This document shows, one piece after another, positions 12,259 to 24,700 of a stretch of 64,000 nt of DNA (positions within the stretch are counted from its first letter, which is position 1; every line of letters begins with the position of its first letter). The position numbers and the translations under genes were made by a program. The DNA lies in NCBI GenBank assembly GCA_034780895.1, contig JAUZTB010000075.1:4936523-5000522 (forward strand), read 5' to 3'. The notes beneath the pieces were generated by a model. That model searched no databases. It was not told the origin of the DNA and saw only the letters and a list, made by a program, of their open reading frames with translations. This stretch comes from Rhynchobatus australiae (Eukaryota).

Positions 12259-14476
12259 GTAATCAGCTGAGCATTAATTAAAGTGATTCTTTTCTATTTT
12301 GTTAATATCTTCATCAGAAGTATTTTGTTGTAAATTTTTGGGCATTCTGCATTCATTTGCCATGTGCATACAGGTAATGCATATCTAATGAATGCTTATC
12401 TTATAGTGTTAGATTATGATTTTTAAACAAGCCTGTGATCCTTTTCAGTAGAACTTTGAACCTTGAGTCCAGACATGAACCAGGCTTTGTAAATGCATTA
12501 TATGGATTTATGGGCATTCAGTCTCATCTCGCATAATGGCTGTGTTTCCCAAGCAATGGGCTAGAAATATTCTCTTGCTGTGAGAATCATATATAATGTT
12601 CACCTTGTTTTGCCTCTGCTCTCTAGCTTGTGTGAATGCAAAGAACCTTGAATTCCGCTAATGTCCACATAAGCTTCCTTTGCAGCAGGAATTGCTGACT
12701 AACGGCCAAAGTTGACATTTATTCCCCACCTAACGGACCTTTTGCTTTTACTGTATTAGAAATTAAATTGCTGTAAGCCTCAAATCTTAAAATTCCGTTG
12801 GGAAGAGAAAATGTATTTTCGCACTCTAATACATCGACATACGGTCTATCATATTTTACAATGTTCTGTTGCATGCTGACAATCTTGGAGCCCTCCCTGT
12901 CAAGTTACTAAAAATCTTATTTTTTTAGTGAAGAATATTTGTCAATTTATGAAAATACAGTAAAACTACATTTCAAATAACATCTTTCTCACCAATTGCT
13001 GTCCTTTGACAACCTATTGGTATATTGTGCATTGACCATAATTGTATAATCTTTAACATAGATTGGGTTGGTTGCTTTAATATTGATGAATGGAACTTTG
13101 TTGCTTAATACACCTTCAGCTAATTGGTACTGCCACAACATTGGTAAACGCCATCTGTTGAAGTTTTTTTACCTGCCATTGTTTACATCCACCTCTCACT
13201 GAATAACTCATGTTCCCTTTGTCATCATGAAAAGATCCACAGCGCTCAAACTTCAGCAGAACTGATGCTACAACACCAGATTTCTCACATGCACACAATA
13301 TTGGCCACACTGTATGTAAAGAAAATCCTGAGATCCATTTGTTGCTCTGCTGACTTTAATTCCTTTGATTTGTTACTGGCCTATCATGAATTTGGTCTCC
13401 TTGCTGTAAACTGTCCTTGAGAGTATAGGTAGGTGTTGCTCATTGAGGAACAACAAAAAGAGTTCCGGGAAACAGATATCCAGGGGAATCATGGGCCTAT
13501 TATTGGCCATTCTTGCCAATGACCAAGACATGGAGTTAGAAGAGAGCTGTGCAGGTTACAGAGGAAACTCTTGAGGTTGGAAGCCTATCGTTGAAGAATA
13601 AATAGAAGAGACAAAAATAGAAACAGTTATGTAACACTGTTTTCTGTGTCTCTGTTATCCCATCTCCTGCATGCACAGTTGACATCCGCTTAAAATTCCA
13701 TTTTATCTGCATGGAACACGTCAATAGAGAGATCTTGGAATAGACTAGCTAGTCATTTTTATTGAAATTTGGTTGATCTGTTCTCCTCTCTCAATGTGGG
13801 CCATACATCACAGGTATAATTTCTTACTTTTAACCATATTTTCTTACACCATAGAAGGAGGAATTTGTGACTGTTGAGTCTGTGCTGGCTCTCAGAGCAA
13901 TCCCATCCACTTGCAGTATTCCTCCACTTACAGTATTTCCCCGCAATATATTCTTAAGTGTCCAACAACTTTTTCTCCCGGCCCCAGCCTCGATGAATAT
14001 CGTGTAATCATAACATCCTTTGTGGCAGTGCATGGAAGCGACCAGAGCTGCCTTTACTGATCACCATCATCTGCTGGGATACAAGCATCAAGTGAGGACC
14101 AGATGAGGCCTGGCTGTTATCCCCTCTGTAGTAGAATATCCCATTGTTCCCACAGTCACATTGGTCAGTCCTTGAAGCAGCTGGTGCTTATGGAACTGAA
14201 GTCAAGCCTGTCTTAAGCACCATCAGAAGAGGTTGTACTACTTCATTTTAATAGCTATTAAACCTATAATTCAGCCTATATAATTCACTTTAGTCAATAT
14301 TATACACATCATTCAAACTATATAATTCTATGTATTTCAGAGTGTTCATTGTAAAATTGGAGAAGCATGCAATCCATGCTAAGTGATCTAATGAAGGTAA
14401 TTGTAATGTGTAAGTACTTGTGCCATACCTCAGCAAAGCATATCTGTTCTTGAATATTCTTGTTCCTTATTCACAG

Positions 14477-14576
14477 GTCAGGGGTCATCACATCACTAAA
14501 CTTGATCCGCTTGGCATTAATGTAGTAGATTTTGATGAGTCTCGTACTGCTTTTCCGGTTGGCACCTCCAGCCTTG
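14477..14576 (+). CDS. OGDH: OGDH mutually exclusive exon 4a (100 nt; type lacking Ca2+ site 1): VRGHHITKLDPLGINVVDFDESRTAFPVGTSSL
   Basis: tattcacag|GTC...CTTG|gtgaga; phase 0/1. Paralogous to the adjacent exon and similar to the mammalian VRGHHIAKLDPLGI... alternative exon. Confidence 0.92.
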
Positions 14577-14689
14577 GTGAGATGTTTTAAAATTATGAAT
14601 GTTTTCAAAAATATGTAAATTGTTCTTTTTCCTTCCTTCCCCTTCTCTTCCACCGTCCCTTCTTCTCCATTCTTTTCCACTTTTTCTAG
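14577..14689 (+). promoter_or_regulatory. 113-nt intron between the mutually exclusive exons: extended polypyrimidine tract with a 5'-proximal branch region
   Basis: No AG from 14582 to 14687. An almost pure C/T tract runs about 14620-14687. The last TnA-type adenosines are at or before 14619. Confidence 0.75.
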
Positions 14690-14792
14690 ATACGAGGGCA
14701 TCATGTTGCGCAACTGGACCCTTTAGGAATTCTGGATGCGGACCTGGAATCGTCCGTTCCAGCTAACCTAGCCACTTCCTCAAATGGACTTG
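14690..14792 (+). CDS. OGDH: OGDH mutually exclusive exon 4b (103 nt; Ca2+ site 1 type): [34 protein letters not shown]
   Basis: Long pyrimidine tract ending ttctag|ATA...CTTG|gtgagg; phase 0/1. Matches the canonical [19 protein letters not shown] sequence. Confidence 0.95.
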
Positions 14793-16954
14793 GTGAGGGC
14801 TCTCGAATGGATGGCGTTCCTTTGTTTGAGCTCCTCTGTCTAGTTTTTGCAACCTAGAGTTTTGGCTTTCAGTTTTGAGCTATGAAAGATGCATGAACCT
14901 CTGAACCCATCCCTCGCCTATTCTGTAAGCTGGCTCTGATTCCAAAATACTGACTTATGCAGGCTTATTTAAAGCCAGTGCCTAGGTGGGGCCCTGCAAC
15001 ATGGTACTCTGAACAAGCTGTGTCTCTGGCTTTCAATAGCCAGGTTAGCCTTTTTAAAAAAAAACAAATTGTTCACCCTCTCCCCAAAGCAATTAAGTAT
15101 GAATTCTCATTCTGGGCTATGCAATAGCTCTGGACCTTAATACAAAATCTGCTGTCACTTAACTTAATTTCACATTTACATAATTGGCCTTAATCATTGA
15201 AGGTGGTTTTTGAGAAACCGAAACCACTTTAACTCAATTGCATTTGTTAATTTTCACAATTTTTATTCTATTTGGTTTTATATTGAATGCAAATTTGAAT
15301 TGTGACTCCTTGCCACTCTGTTAAGGGTGTTGGTTGGTACTGGAGTCCAGCCACACACATAAGAAATATGCTTTTGGAGCCTTCTTTTCAGTGGCTGTTC
15401 TCCACATCCAAGCCTCTTTGGTGAATTTCAGGTATTCGAAACGTGGCAGCTGAGTCTGATACCGAAGTGCTCACGTGTACTTTCTAGCTGAGCCTGTATA
15501 TCAAATCTTTTTTTTCCTGCTGCCACTTCCTTGACCAAGTTAAAACAACTTCATTCTTTTCAGTCTAATTGATAATGGGCAGTGCTACCCAGTGGAGGCT
15601 TATGCATGGGAACTGTATAGATCCTGAGACAGTGTCCTGCCTAGGTGAGCATGAATATGGCCTGAAGTTAATACCAGCTGTTATTGGGCTGGTGTCACCT
15701 TGATACATTGTACAGATGGAATCCAAAAACTTCAAAGCAGCATACAGAAATAACTTCCTGAACATTTCAAAATGTGGTTGTGGTAATGTTTTCCTTAACA
15801 TTTCTGTGCACACTTAATCCTGGAATGATTTTCATTTTAATTCATGCACTCGTTTGAATCTGCTCACTAATCTTTTAATTAGCCATTAACCATAGAACCG
15901 AGATTATTTCTGCTGATTTGCTGGTTTTGCTTCCTCTCAATGTCACACGGATGCCTTGTTGTGTAAACACATTCCTCAATTGGTTCCCATTAATACGCAG
16001 TGAGAGGTACAGTTTGCTGTGTGACCTTTTGTAGCTGCTTTTAGGAGCATGGATAGATTTTGAAAAAGAAACATTTGTTCAATATTTTCAGTTCTCCGGT
16101 TTCTCCAATTTTCTTTTAATCATCCCGGACACTTGCATGCTTCCTTTCATAAGGAAGGTAAACTGCGTTGAGGACATATAACCCAGTAGCTGTTCTGTTG
16201 ATCAGAAATGTGTGGGGAGGTAGAAAAGAGGCTGTGGATGGTGAAATTATTGTGATAATTTGTTGTATGAACTGGGGCTGAGTCTGTTCTCTGCAACTCA
16301 AGCTGGATACAATAACAAAGGAATCGCAATAAAGCAGTGACTTTGCTCATGACCGTCCCATTAAAGAATGGCAGCGATGGAGTTACACCAGAAGATGTGA
16401 ATGTACCTGAGATGTGAGCAGCAGTGTTGGTCTCGTTCCCATTTGTTTCTAACATTTACAGTCAAGCAGAACGTGGTCAAGTGGAAGAGCAATTAGAGTG
16501 TAACTTGCCAAGTTCCAGACTAACAAGGAAGGCAGCTCTAATCAACTGGTTAAAGAGCAGCATTGGCAGAACCTGGGGAGAAGGCCACCTTCCTATTTTG
16601 TGAATTGAGATAATACATGGGGAAAATTTTTATTTACTAAAAAGCACAAATAGGAACTAGAGTGATTCAAAAGCCCTGAAGTCCCTTGCCTTATCGTTGT
16701 CATATCTTGATTTTTAAAACTTCCCTTGGAAGTGAAATTCACAGTATTATGTTGTGTAGCAGGAGGTCACTTGACCCTGCTCTTTTTCCTTGGTCATTCC
16801 AGATTTTGATCACTTCACCATTACATTCATCTGCTGACTCCCTAAATTCTAGAATTCCCTCCCTACACCTCTATCTTTCTCTCCTCCTTGGTGACGGTCA
16901 TCACTTTTGCACCTGAATCAGACGTTTTGTAGGTTCAGCTTGCACCTAGTGCAA

Positions 16955-17295
16955 AAATCTGGACTGACCCTCAGGTCTGAGTACTTAAATACTGTTGGAA
17001 GTGCTATTTTTCAGAGGACTGTCTACCCCCTCGGGTCTATGTAATAGATGTTATGGCATTTGTTCTGATACTTATTGTCCCTTGTATCCTGGCCAATATT
17101 TATCCCTCAATCTACATGACTTTTTTTTAGATTAAAACAAAACTGTTATTGTTATCATTCTCACTTTGCAATTTGCAGAGCATACCATGCCCGTTAGCTG
17201 CCACATTTCCTCTAACAATGACCAGGCTTCAAAGTTCTTCAGGATATCCTGAAAGGGACGCAAGAGCTGCGACATGAATACCAATCCTTTCTTTC
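16955..17295 (+). mobile_element. Ancient Deu-domain SINE (SacSINE1/AmnSINE-like); further fragments at about 420-700, 19340-19510(+) and 22050-22230(-)
   Basis: Conserved core tcctggccaatatttatccctcaa, with a typical tail (gctgccacatttcc...cttcaaa...gggacatcctga-like). Confidence 0.65.
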
Positions 17296-17659
17296 CTTTT
17301 ACCATTTTTAAAGCTCATCTTTTGTGACCAAAGACTTGGTCAATGACTTAATATCTATATCTAGGATTGATTTCACAGTTAGTTTGATAAGTCCTGTACG
17401 ATACTCTTGGACATATTACTACTTTAAGGAGGATATCTAAATGCTAATTGTTGTTGATCTATGGAGAATGACTCTGGTTGTCGTACGGGAAAGAAATCTG
17501 ATATCCTTTTTCCATTGTCCATTTGAGACTCCAGACCCACCAAAGTAATTGACTCATAATTACTGCTTCAGTTCAGGATCACTTAGAGAAGGACAATAAG
17601 TGCTGACATTGCCAACAGTATCCGTGTTCCATGAGGGAATAAATAATGGGGGGAAAAAG

Positions 17660-19030
17660 GAATTTTCTGGTATCTCCATGTAAACTGAAATCTTTCATTC
17701 TGAATGTCATTCTTACAAGTCTCTTCAGCATTCTCTTGCTATCATTCCAAAAGTTCAGTGACTGGATTTGCCTGCAGTACTCCTGCTGAGGCCAAATTGA
17801 TGAGTTATAAAAGTTCAGTATTTCTTCCTTGCTATTTACTTTTATTTTTCCCCTCCTGTTTATAAAACTAAGGATCCTTTTTTTTAAAGTAAGCTTCCCA
17901 ATCTGGTCTACCATCTCCAAATGTACATTTAATTCCAGATCTCTGTTCTAGCCTCTATTTTAAAGTAGTTCCATTTGTGTTACCATGAGTCATCATTCTT
18001 ACAAAAATGCATCCCTTAATGCAATAAATTTAATTCGACACAGTTCTGCCCATTTCATCCGCAGGCCCTCCTGATATTCGTCAGTACATTTGAGGTTTAT
18101 ACCATCTGTATATTTGAAGTTATCCTCTGCACACCCACTCCAGATCATAACATACTATGAGGGAGGGTAGTGACCCTACCACTCACTGCAGGGGAATGCC
18201 ATTGCACTCTTCTAACTAGTCCTTAAGAATCTGCTCTATTAATGTAATTTTGTATTAACCTTGCAAGTGTCCATTTTGAAGCTTGTAACCAGGTCTATTT
18301 CGTGGTACCTTGTTAAAAATCCACATACACCTCAACCATACCAATTGTGTTACCTCTCTGATACTTAATTATAAAATTCAATGAAGTTAGTCAGGCACTG
18401 TTAGTCATTAACAACGCTACGCTGGTATATTTCAGGTGTGTAAAATGGTTTTTTCCCAGAATAATGTCACAATGTGTTTCGTCACCTCTGACGTGCTGTG
18501 TTTATTCCTCTTTTAGTTTTGAAACAGGGATGTAAAATTCTGCTTCTTCAGTCCTTTGGTAGCACTGCCATACCTGAGAATACTTTGCAAGAGCCCCCAC
18601 ACTTTTCATCCTTGCATTTATCAGCAATCAAGGATACATCCTGTCAAATCCAGGAGACTTGCAACTTGGAACATTGCAAACTTTTTAAGTACCACCTTAT
18701 GCAAATTTTATCCAGTTCCAATTCTCTCTTTTACCTCCTCCTTTGCAGTGAAAGTTAGCTCCTATTATTGAAGACATGCAAAGTTCATGTTTATTATCCC
18801 AGACTTGTTCCCTTTTTGGACCTTATCAGTGCCATCCTATTTTGACTACCTTTCCACTGGTGTTTATAAAGGCCTTAGTTCTTGTAAATCTATTGTTTCC
18901 TTTTCATTTTTTTCAGTTCTCCCTTGTACTTTTCAAACTTAACCTTGTTCTTGAATTAATATACCCAACATACCAAAGTTTCTATTTCATTTTTAGTGTT
19001 TTTTATTATCCAAGGATTTACAGCTTTGAG
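17660..19030 (-). mobile_element. Highly decayed CR1 LINE
   Basis: ORF 17579..17920(-) ILSFINRR...EEILNFYNSSIWPQQEYC resembles the CR1 ILG.I.R...E.IL.LY..LVRP.LEYC motif. Confidence 0.7.
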
Positions 19031-20419
19031 TGGTTAAAACTACAGTATTTATCCTAAACAATGCAAATTCCAAAAATTAAAAAGCTGTTTGAAATAAAAC
19101 AGTGTACATCCTTTCCTGGAAGGTTACTGAACACAGTAGTGGGGAGAATAAACAAATGGCTGCAGCACCCATCTCAAATATATTTGTGTATTTTTGCTGA
19201 TGATTCAACACCATTTGCAATATTAAGCAAATAAATGTCTGTCAAAGGAAGAATGATGTTAAACTTTGGCTTTGCCTGACTGTTTGGCTGGTCTTTAAAT
19301 CTCTCAGAAATGCTCAACATCCTGTCCTGGAACAACAACAAAAGCAGCTCAAGTGCAATTTATTTGCTGTTATTTGTGGCATGCTGTCTGTGAAATAGTT
19401 GGCAGCTCTGCCTACATCATGACACCACTTCAAAAGTAATTCATTGTATATGAAGCACTTTGAAACAGTTCTGAGGTATCTGATAAAACACTATAAATGT
19501 AATTGCTTGGTTATATTTGTTTCAAGTTGAAGCTGAACCACAGTAATCACAGTGACCCATGTAGCCTTTCACACAGCAGAGGTGACGTGGTTTGGCTGCC
19601 CTTTCCCATGTGACGTTGCCAGTATCTGCAACTGTGACTGCTGCTGCACTTATGATAATGTTCTTAGCTATAAGTAACAGGGCCTATTGGCAGTCCCCAT
19701 TCATCTGGAGTTCCTGCATGTTCCAGGCCTGTTGTATGTAATGGTAGACTCTGTCCTTGGCCTGCAGTCCATTGTCAGAATTTGTTCTTCAGACATCAGG
19801 GCAAAAGAACACATTACACAAAATGCTGCTGATTAGACTAATCACAAAAAACCAAACAGTTTTTTTGCTCCTTGCAACTATTGATATACTAATGCTCTAC
19901 AATGGCTGGTTTTGCAATGACCCTGGTTTGTTGTATTGCATGACACTCTTGAGGCCTTTGACCTCAAACAACCTCTATACAGCCTATTTTATAGATCATG
20001 AATGGACCATCACAGCATGAGAGAACATTTGGCCCTTCTGTGTCTGTGCCAGCCCTTTTTAGAGGAATCCAATCAGTTTCTTTCTCTCCTTCCCCCTTAG
20101 AATAGCAATGTTGTATTTTAAAGTATTATCCAATTGCATTTTGAAATTGAATCTTCCACTGTTATGTTCCAGAATTGTTTTAATTCCTTTTTCACACTCT
20201 GGATCTTTTGTCATTAGTTTAAATCTGTATCCTTTACTTCTGGATCACTCTGCTAATGACATGGTGGCATAGAAGTACTTCACCATTGGTAAAAGGATGC
20301 TGTGAGCTCTTGCGTCGTGTGCTCACTCCGCTTCTCCTCTTCCTCCTCCCCCCACCCCTTGGTGTTTCAGATGAAGGGACTCAACCTGAAATGTTGACTG
20401 TCCATTTCCCTTTATAGAT

Positions 20420-20706
20420 CAGATAGATAGAAAGGATCTTTATTGGTCACATGTACATCGAAACACAAAGTGAAATACATCTTTTTGTGTAGAGTGTTCT
20501 GGGGGCAGCCCACAAGTGTCGCCACACTTCTGGCGCCAACATAGTATGCCCACAACTTCCTAACCTGTACGTCTTTGAAATGTGGGAGGAAACCCATGCA
20601 GACACGGGGAGAACATACAAACTGCTTACAGACAGCGGTGGGAATTGAACCTGGGTCTCCGGCACTGTAAAGCGTTAAGCTAACCGCTACACTACTGTGC
20701 CTGCCC
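20420..20706 (-). mobile_element. tRNA-derived V-domain SINE, inserted into a Penelope terminal-repeat remnant (20365-20740)
   Basis: The reverse complement shows A/B boxes (gtagcggttagc...ggttcaattcc) and the V-domain gttctccccgtgtctgcatgggtttcctcccac. The flanks rejoin as ...tccatttccc...agat|gcctgacctgctgagttc. Confidence 0.85.
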
Positions 20707-21271
20707 CTGCCTGACCTGCTGAGTTCTTCCAGCAGTTTTTTTTTAAACCGGTGCTTTCCTCCTTGTGCCCTTCAGCATACAAAGAAAAATACAATACGCC
20801 CTGGGATTAAAGGGGGAATAGGTTGGAAATTTAGCAACCCAGTTAGAATCTAGTGGGGGCAAGGGAGTTCAGCAGGCAATAGAATATGGTGTACAGTGGT
20901 CTGGGTCTTGGGAGGTTGTGGTCTGGAGATCAAGTCCAGAGATTTTTCCCTAGAGGTAGGGTGCCAAGTATGTGTTTCTTTGGGCAGTTCTTGTTTAATA
21001 CCTCAGGCATGTTCCCTGTCACAGTCATCTTTTCAGACCTTACCAGTGCCATCCCACGTGACTACCCTTCAACTTACTACATCTTTACAAAAGACCTTAA
21101 ATGTGAATCTACTCCTATATACTTTTGCCTTTCATTTTTTCAGTTCTCTCCTGTACTTTTCGGATTTAGCTTGTTCTTGAATTAATATACCCAACACATA
21201 CCAAAGTTTCCATTAATTTTTGGTTTTTCTTTTCAATATCTTGGATGTCCCAAGTGTTTTTTGGGCAATGA

Positions 21272-21730
21272 AAGGCAGGAACAGTAGTGTAGCAGTTATC
21301 ATAATGCTTTACAGTGCCAGGGACTGGGTTCAATTCCGGACGTGGTCTGTAAGGAGTTTGTAAGTTCTCNNNNNNNNNNNNNNNNNNNNNNNNNNNNNNN
21401 NNNNNNNNNNNNNNNNNNNNNNNNNNNNNNNNNNNNNNNNNNNNNNNNNNNNNNNNNNNNNNNNNNNNNAGTGCCAGGGACTGGGTTCAATTCCGGCCGT
21501 GGTCTGTAAGGAGTTTGTAAGTTCTCCCCGTGACTGCGTGGGTTTCTTCCGGGTGCTCTGGTTTGCTCCCACATTCCAAAGATGTACAGGTTAGGAAGTT
21601 GTGGGCGTGCTATGTTGGCGCTAGAAGCGTGGCGACACTTGCGGGCTGCCCCCCCAGAACACTCGATGCAAAAGATGTATCCACTGTGTGTTTCAATGTA
21701 CATGTGACTAATAAAGAAATCTTATCTTAA
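21272..21730 (+). mobile_element. tRNA-derived V-domain SINE (same family as 20420-20706), with a false ~60-bp duplication across a 100-N gap
   Basis: B box gggttcaattcc, V-domain and tail gtacatgtgactaataaagaaatcttatctta. Confidence 0.88.
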
Positions 21731-24700
21731 AAGCTTTTGAATTCGTAGTTACAGATGTATTGAAGGAAATGCAAGCATTCTTCACACTGTGGACTCCCAA
21801 ACAGTGTTTGTTTCTTTAAACACTCATTATTCTGCACAGCTCAACCACCTAGCTGTCTGCCCTCCTTGAGCCCTCAATGTGCTGACCACACACACTTGGC
21901 ACACTACAGCCAGAGAAAAGTCTCTCAACCCCCAATCCCCAGCCCATGACTTCCCATCCCAGGGCCCAGATCTCTAGACACCACCTTCTATTGCCTGGAA
22001 AACTCCCTGTCATCCACCAGATTTGTGATTTGTCTAATCAGGACTTTTCAGGTTATGCATTTATGCTGTAGGGCCTACTGTAATCTTGGAATGTCCCAGG
22101 TGTTTTGCAGGCAGTGAAATACTTTTGAAGTGTAGTCACTGATGTATTGCAGGAAACACAAGCATTTTTCACAGTGAACTCCCACAAACAACAATAATGA
22201 CCCGATATTTTTAGGGATGTTGGTTGAGACATGCATATCAGCTACTAATGGTGACTGCGAGTTCACTAACTTCCACCGTGTCCTATTTAATGCCTGGAAT
22301 AGCCTGTTTATTTAACAGACGTACTAATCCCCTGCATTTTTTCACTGATTGAACTTCAGTTTTCTCCTGTCTAAAAGTTTTTTTTTGGCATTCAGGCCAT
22401 TGGCAGTCTTCAGTACGTCTTCCAAGCAGCTATTCTTGTGAGCATGCAAAAGCTTTTGGGACTGTTCAGTCGTGGGGCACATCACACCTTAACTAAACCC
22501 AGTTCTGTATCGAGGTTCCCGTGAGCACACTTTCCACTAGGGGATTGCTGGATAGGCATTGGCTGCATTTGACCTTCTGGGCACCTGGGGTGTCTTGAGG
22601 TGGTATTATCTAAAAAGTCAAGGATGAAGATATAAAACCAATTTACAATGTGCCCAGCAAATTATACATTTAAATTTTATTATTTTGGACAAAGTAGAAA
22701 GATTTGGAAAGGCCCTTTAACTTTTCACTTTCTCCATAGAGATAACCAAATACCTTTCTGGTGGTAGATTGTTTCATGAAGATTATCGTTATTTGCATAA
22801 GTTAAATCCATTCTTTTGTGTGACATTAGTAAATCATCAATAGCTACACATCTGCATGAGCAAAATACAATTTAACAGCAAAGTATGTTTTGCACTTTCT
22901 GAAACTAACTTTTTTGAAGCGAAGAACACACACCTCTTGTCTTTCCTATGTGTATCTGTCTTTAAGATCAAGGAATTAGTCTTGATGTGCTCCAGTCACT
23001 AAATAAGACTATTAACACTCTCGCTACCTTTTTAATTGCATATTGTCTTGTTTCAGTATTGGCCCTAACTCTGGTGTTAGAAGACTTCATGGACAGCTGA
23101 AATTCCCTTGTATCTAGGAGAACCATATAGATGTTTGCCCTTCCTATAAGGAACTGCACCCCATTTCCAGCTGAGCATGAATTAGGGACAGCATTAGAAA
23201 TTTAGACTTATTGCATTCCATATTTTTAGTGTCCTTCAGTGCCACAAGAGAGAAAAATGAAATGGCTTCCTGTTTCTCATGTTTCCTGCTACAATTCACT
23301 TGGTGGGCAGAACCTGAAGCAGCATTGCCTCGATTTAGCACATCTTTTCAGATCTTGATTCCCAGACACATAGGTAGATAATCGCCCCATCTTCATTCAC
23401 AGCCACTTGACCATGCTATTGGAAATGATCACCTTGTTCTCACTGCAAGCAGTCTCTACATTTGGCTTTTATCAGATACTCCTTCATTGCTTTCGTACAC
23501 TAGAAGTAACTGGTTAGCTATCTAGCCCTTTGGCTTGCCTGTGATTCCTTAGAATTGGATTAGATTTTCTCTTTTTTTATGCAATTAGAACAAAAATTGT
23601 ATGCACAATTAAATCTTTGGGATTGTGATTAAAATATTTTGGAAAGATTAACTCCATGTAGTGGTAAAAGATTGTTCATCAACGTTTGTCACTTGTAACA
23701 ACCACATATGATGTTGCTTTATTCCTGAACCCGCACAACCAAGGGCTGTTTTTAAATTAATCTGCTATTTTGCAACTGCAAAGATGACAATATACCACAC
23801 AGGATGTGGGACTTCAGGTAGAAAGAAGCCTATCTCTAAACTCAATCTGCCAAAGGCTGTTCTTTAGATAACCAGTGGAATAGAGTTAATGTTTTTCCTC
23901 TGCCAGTTGGTTGAGCTGCTCATGTTCCCTCATCCATACTTCTAGTTCTACATTGTTTTGGCTTTACCTGGTAGAAAATGGATGGTAGTAAAGGTGAAAT
24001 TTTTTATATTTATACTGTGTGCTTTGACTGCAAAACTTTAAACCCTGGAGGCCTAATGTTTTTGAGTGGAGATGTTACTGTGAAGGGCCCTGTGAGTGCT
24101 TGGAGGCTGATAATTTGGATACTAATCTATGACTGCACAAATAGCAAAGTTTAGTTTTCATCCACTGCCCTACAATATTGTTTTATATTTTAGTCTGCAT
24201 GATCCATGAAAATCACTTTCATTTAATTTCATTTTATTTTTATGCTGCATTATTAATGCTTATGATGCAGTTAAGACCCAAACAGGGATCAGCATCTGAA
24301 TCTATACTGAAAATATGTGTCCCTGTGTAATTCATGTTATTTAGAAATTGGAATTTGTTAAAATTTCAATTTCTTTCTCCAATATCAATTAACACCATCT
24401 TCCATTAAGAAGAAGGGATCTTTTGCATTTTTTGTAATATATATTTGACCAGCCAGAATTGATAGATGTTTTCTAAAGACCCATTGGGACCATGCCTATG
24501 GTAAGAATGAAATATAACCCCTTAATGGTGCAGTATGTGGGAGCTTTGGGCCTTTTTAATCCCCCTAAATTTGATATTTTTAAATTTAAAAATAACAAAC
24601 ATTCAATTTTCTTATGAATTGTGGGTGAAATACAGAGTAAGAGCATTATTCTGGAATAAATTGGTGTTCAACTCAAAAGCTTTATAAAGTGCCCAACCTG

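Noticed and set aside
13826-13900. Acceptor-like site ttcttacaccatag as a third alternative exon
   Set aside because: The downstream sequence resembles the reverse-strand tail of a SINE or CR1 and has no similarity to the RGHH exons.
20640-20706. tRNA genes at A/B-box motifs (also near 21280, 46790, 55440, 60320, 63620)
   Set aside because: These are tRNA-derived SINE heads that run into V-domains; I could not see a complete cloverleaf.
21311-21530. Tandem duplication within the SINE
   Set aside because: Near-identical ~60 bp either side of a 100-N gap is a typical unmerged contig overlap.
24343-24374. 14-bp AT-rich hairpin (agaaattggaattt-gtta-aaatttcaatttct)
   Set aside because: Short and low in complexity; plausible by chance in AT-rich intron, with no supporting context.
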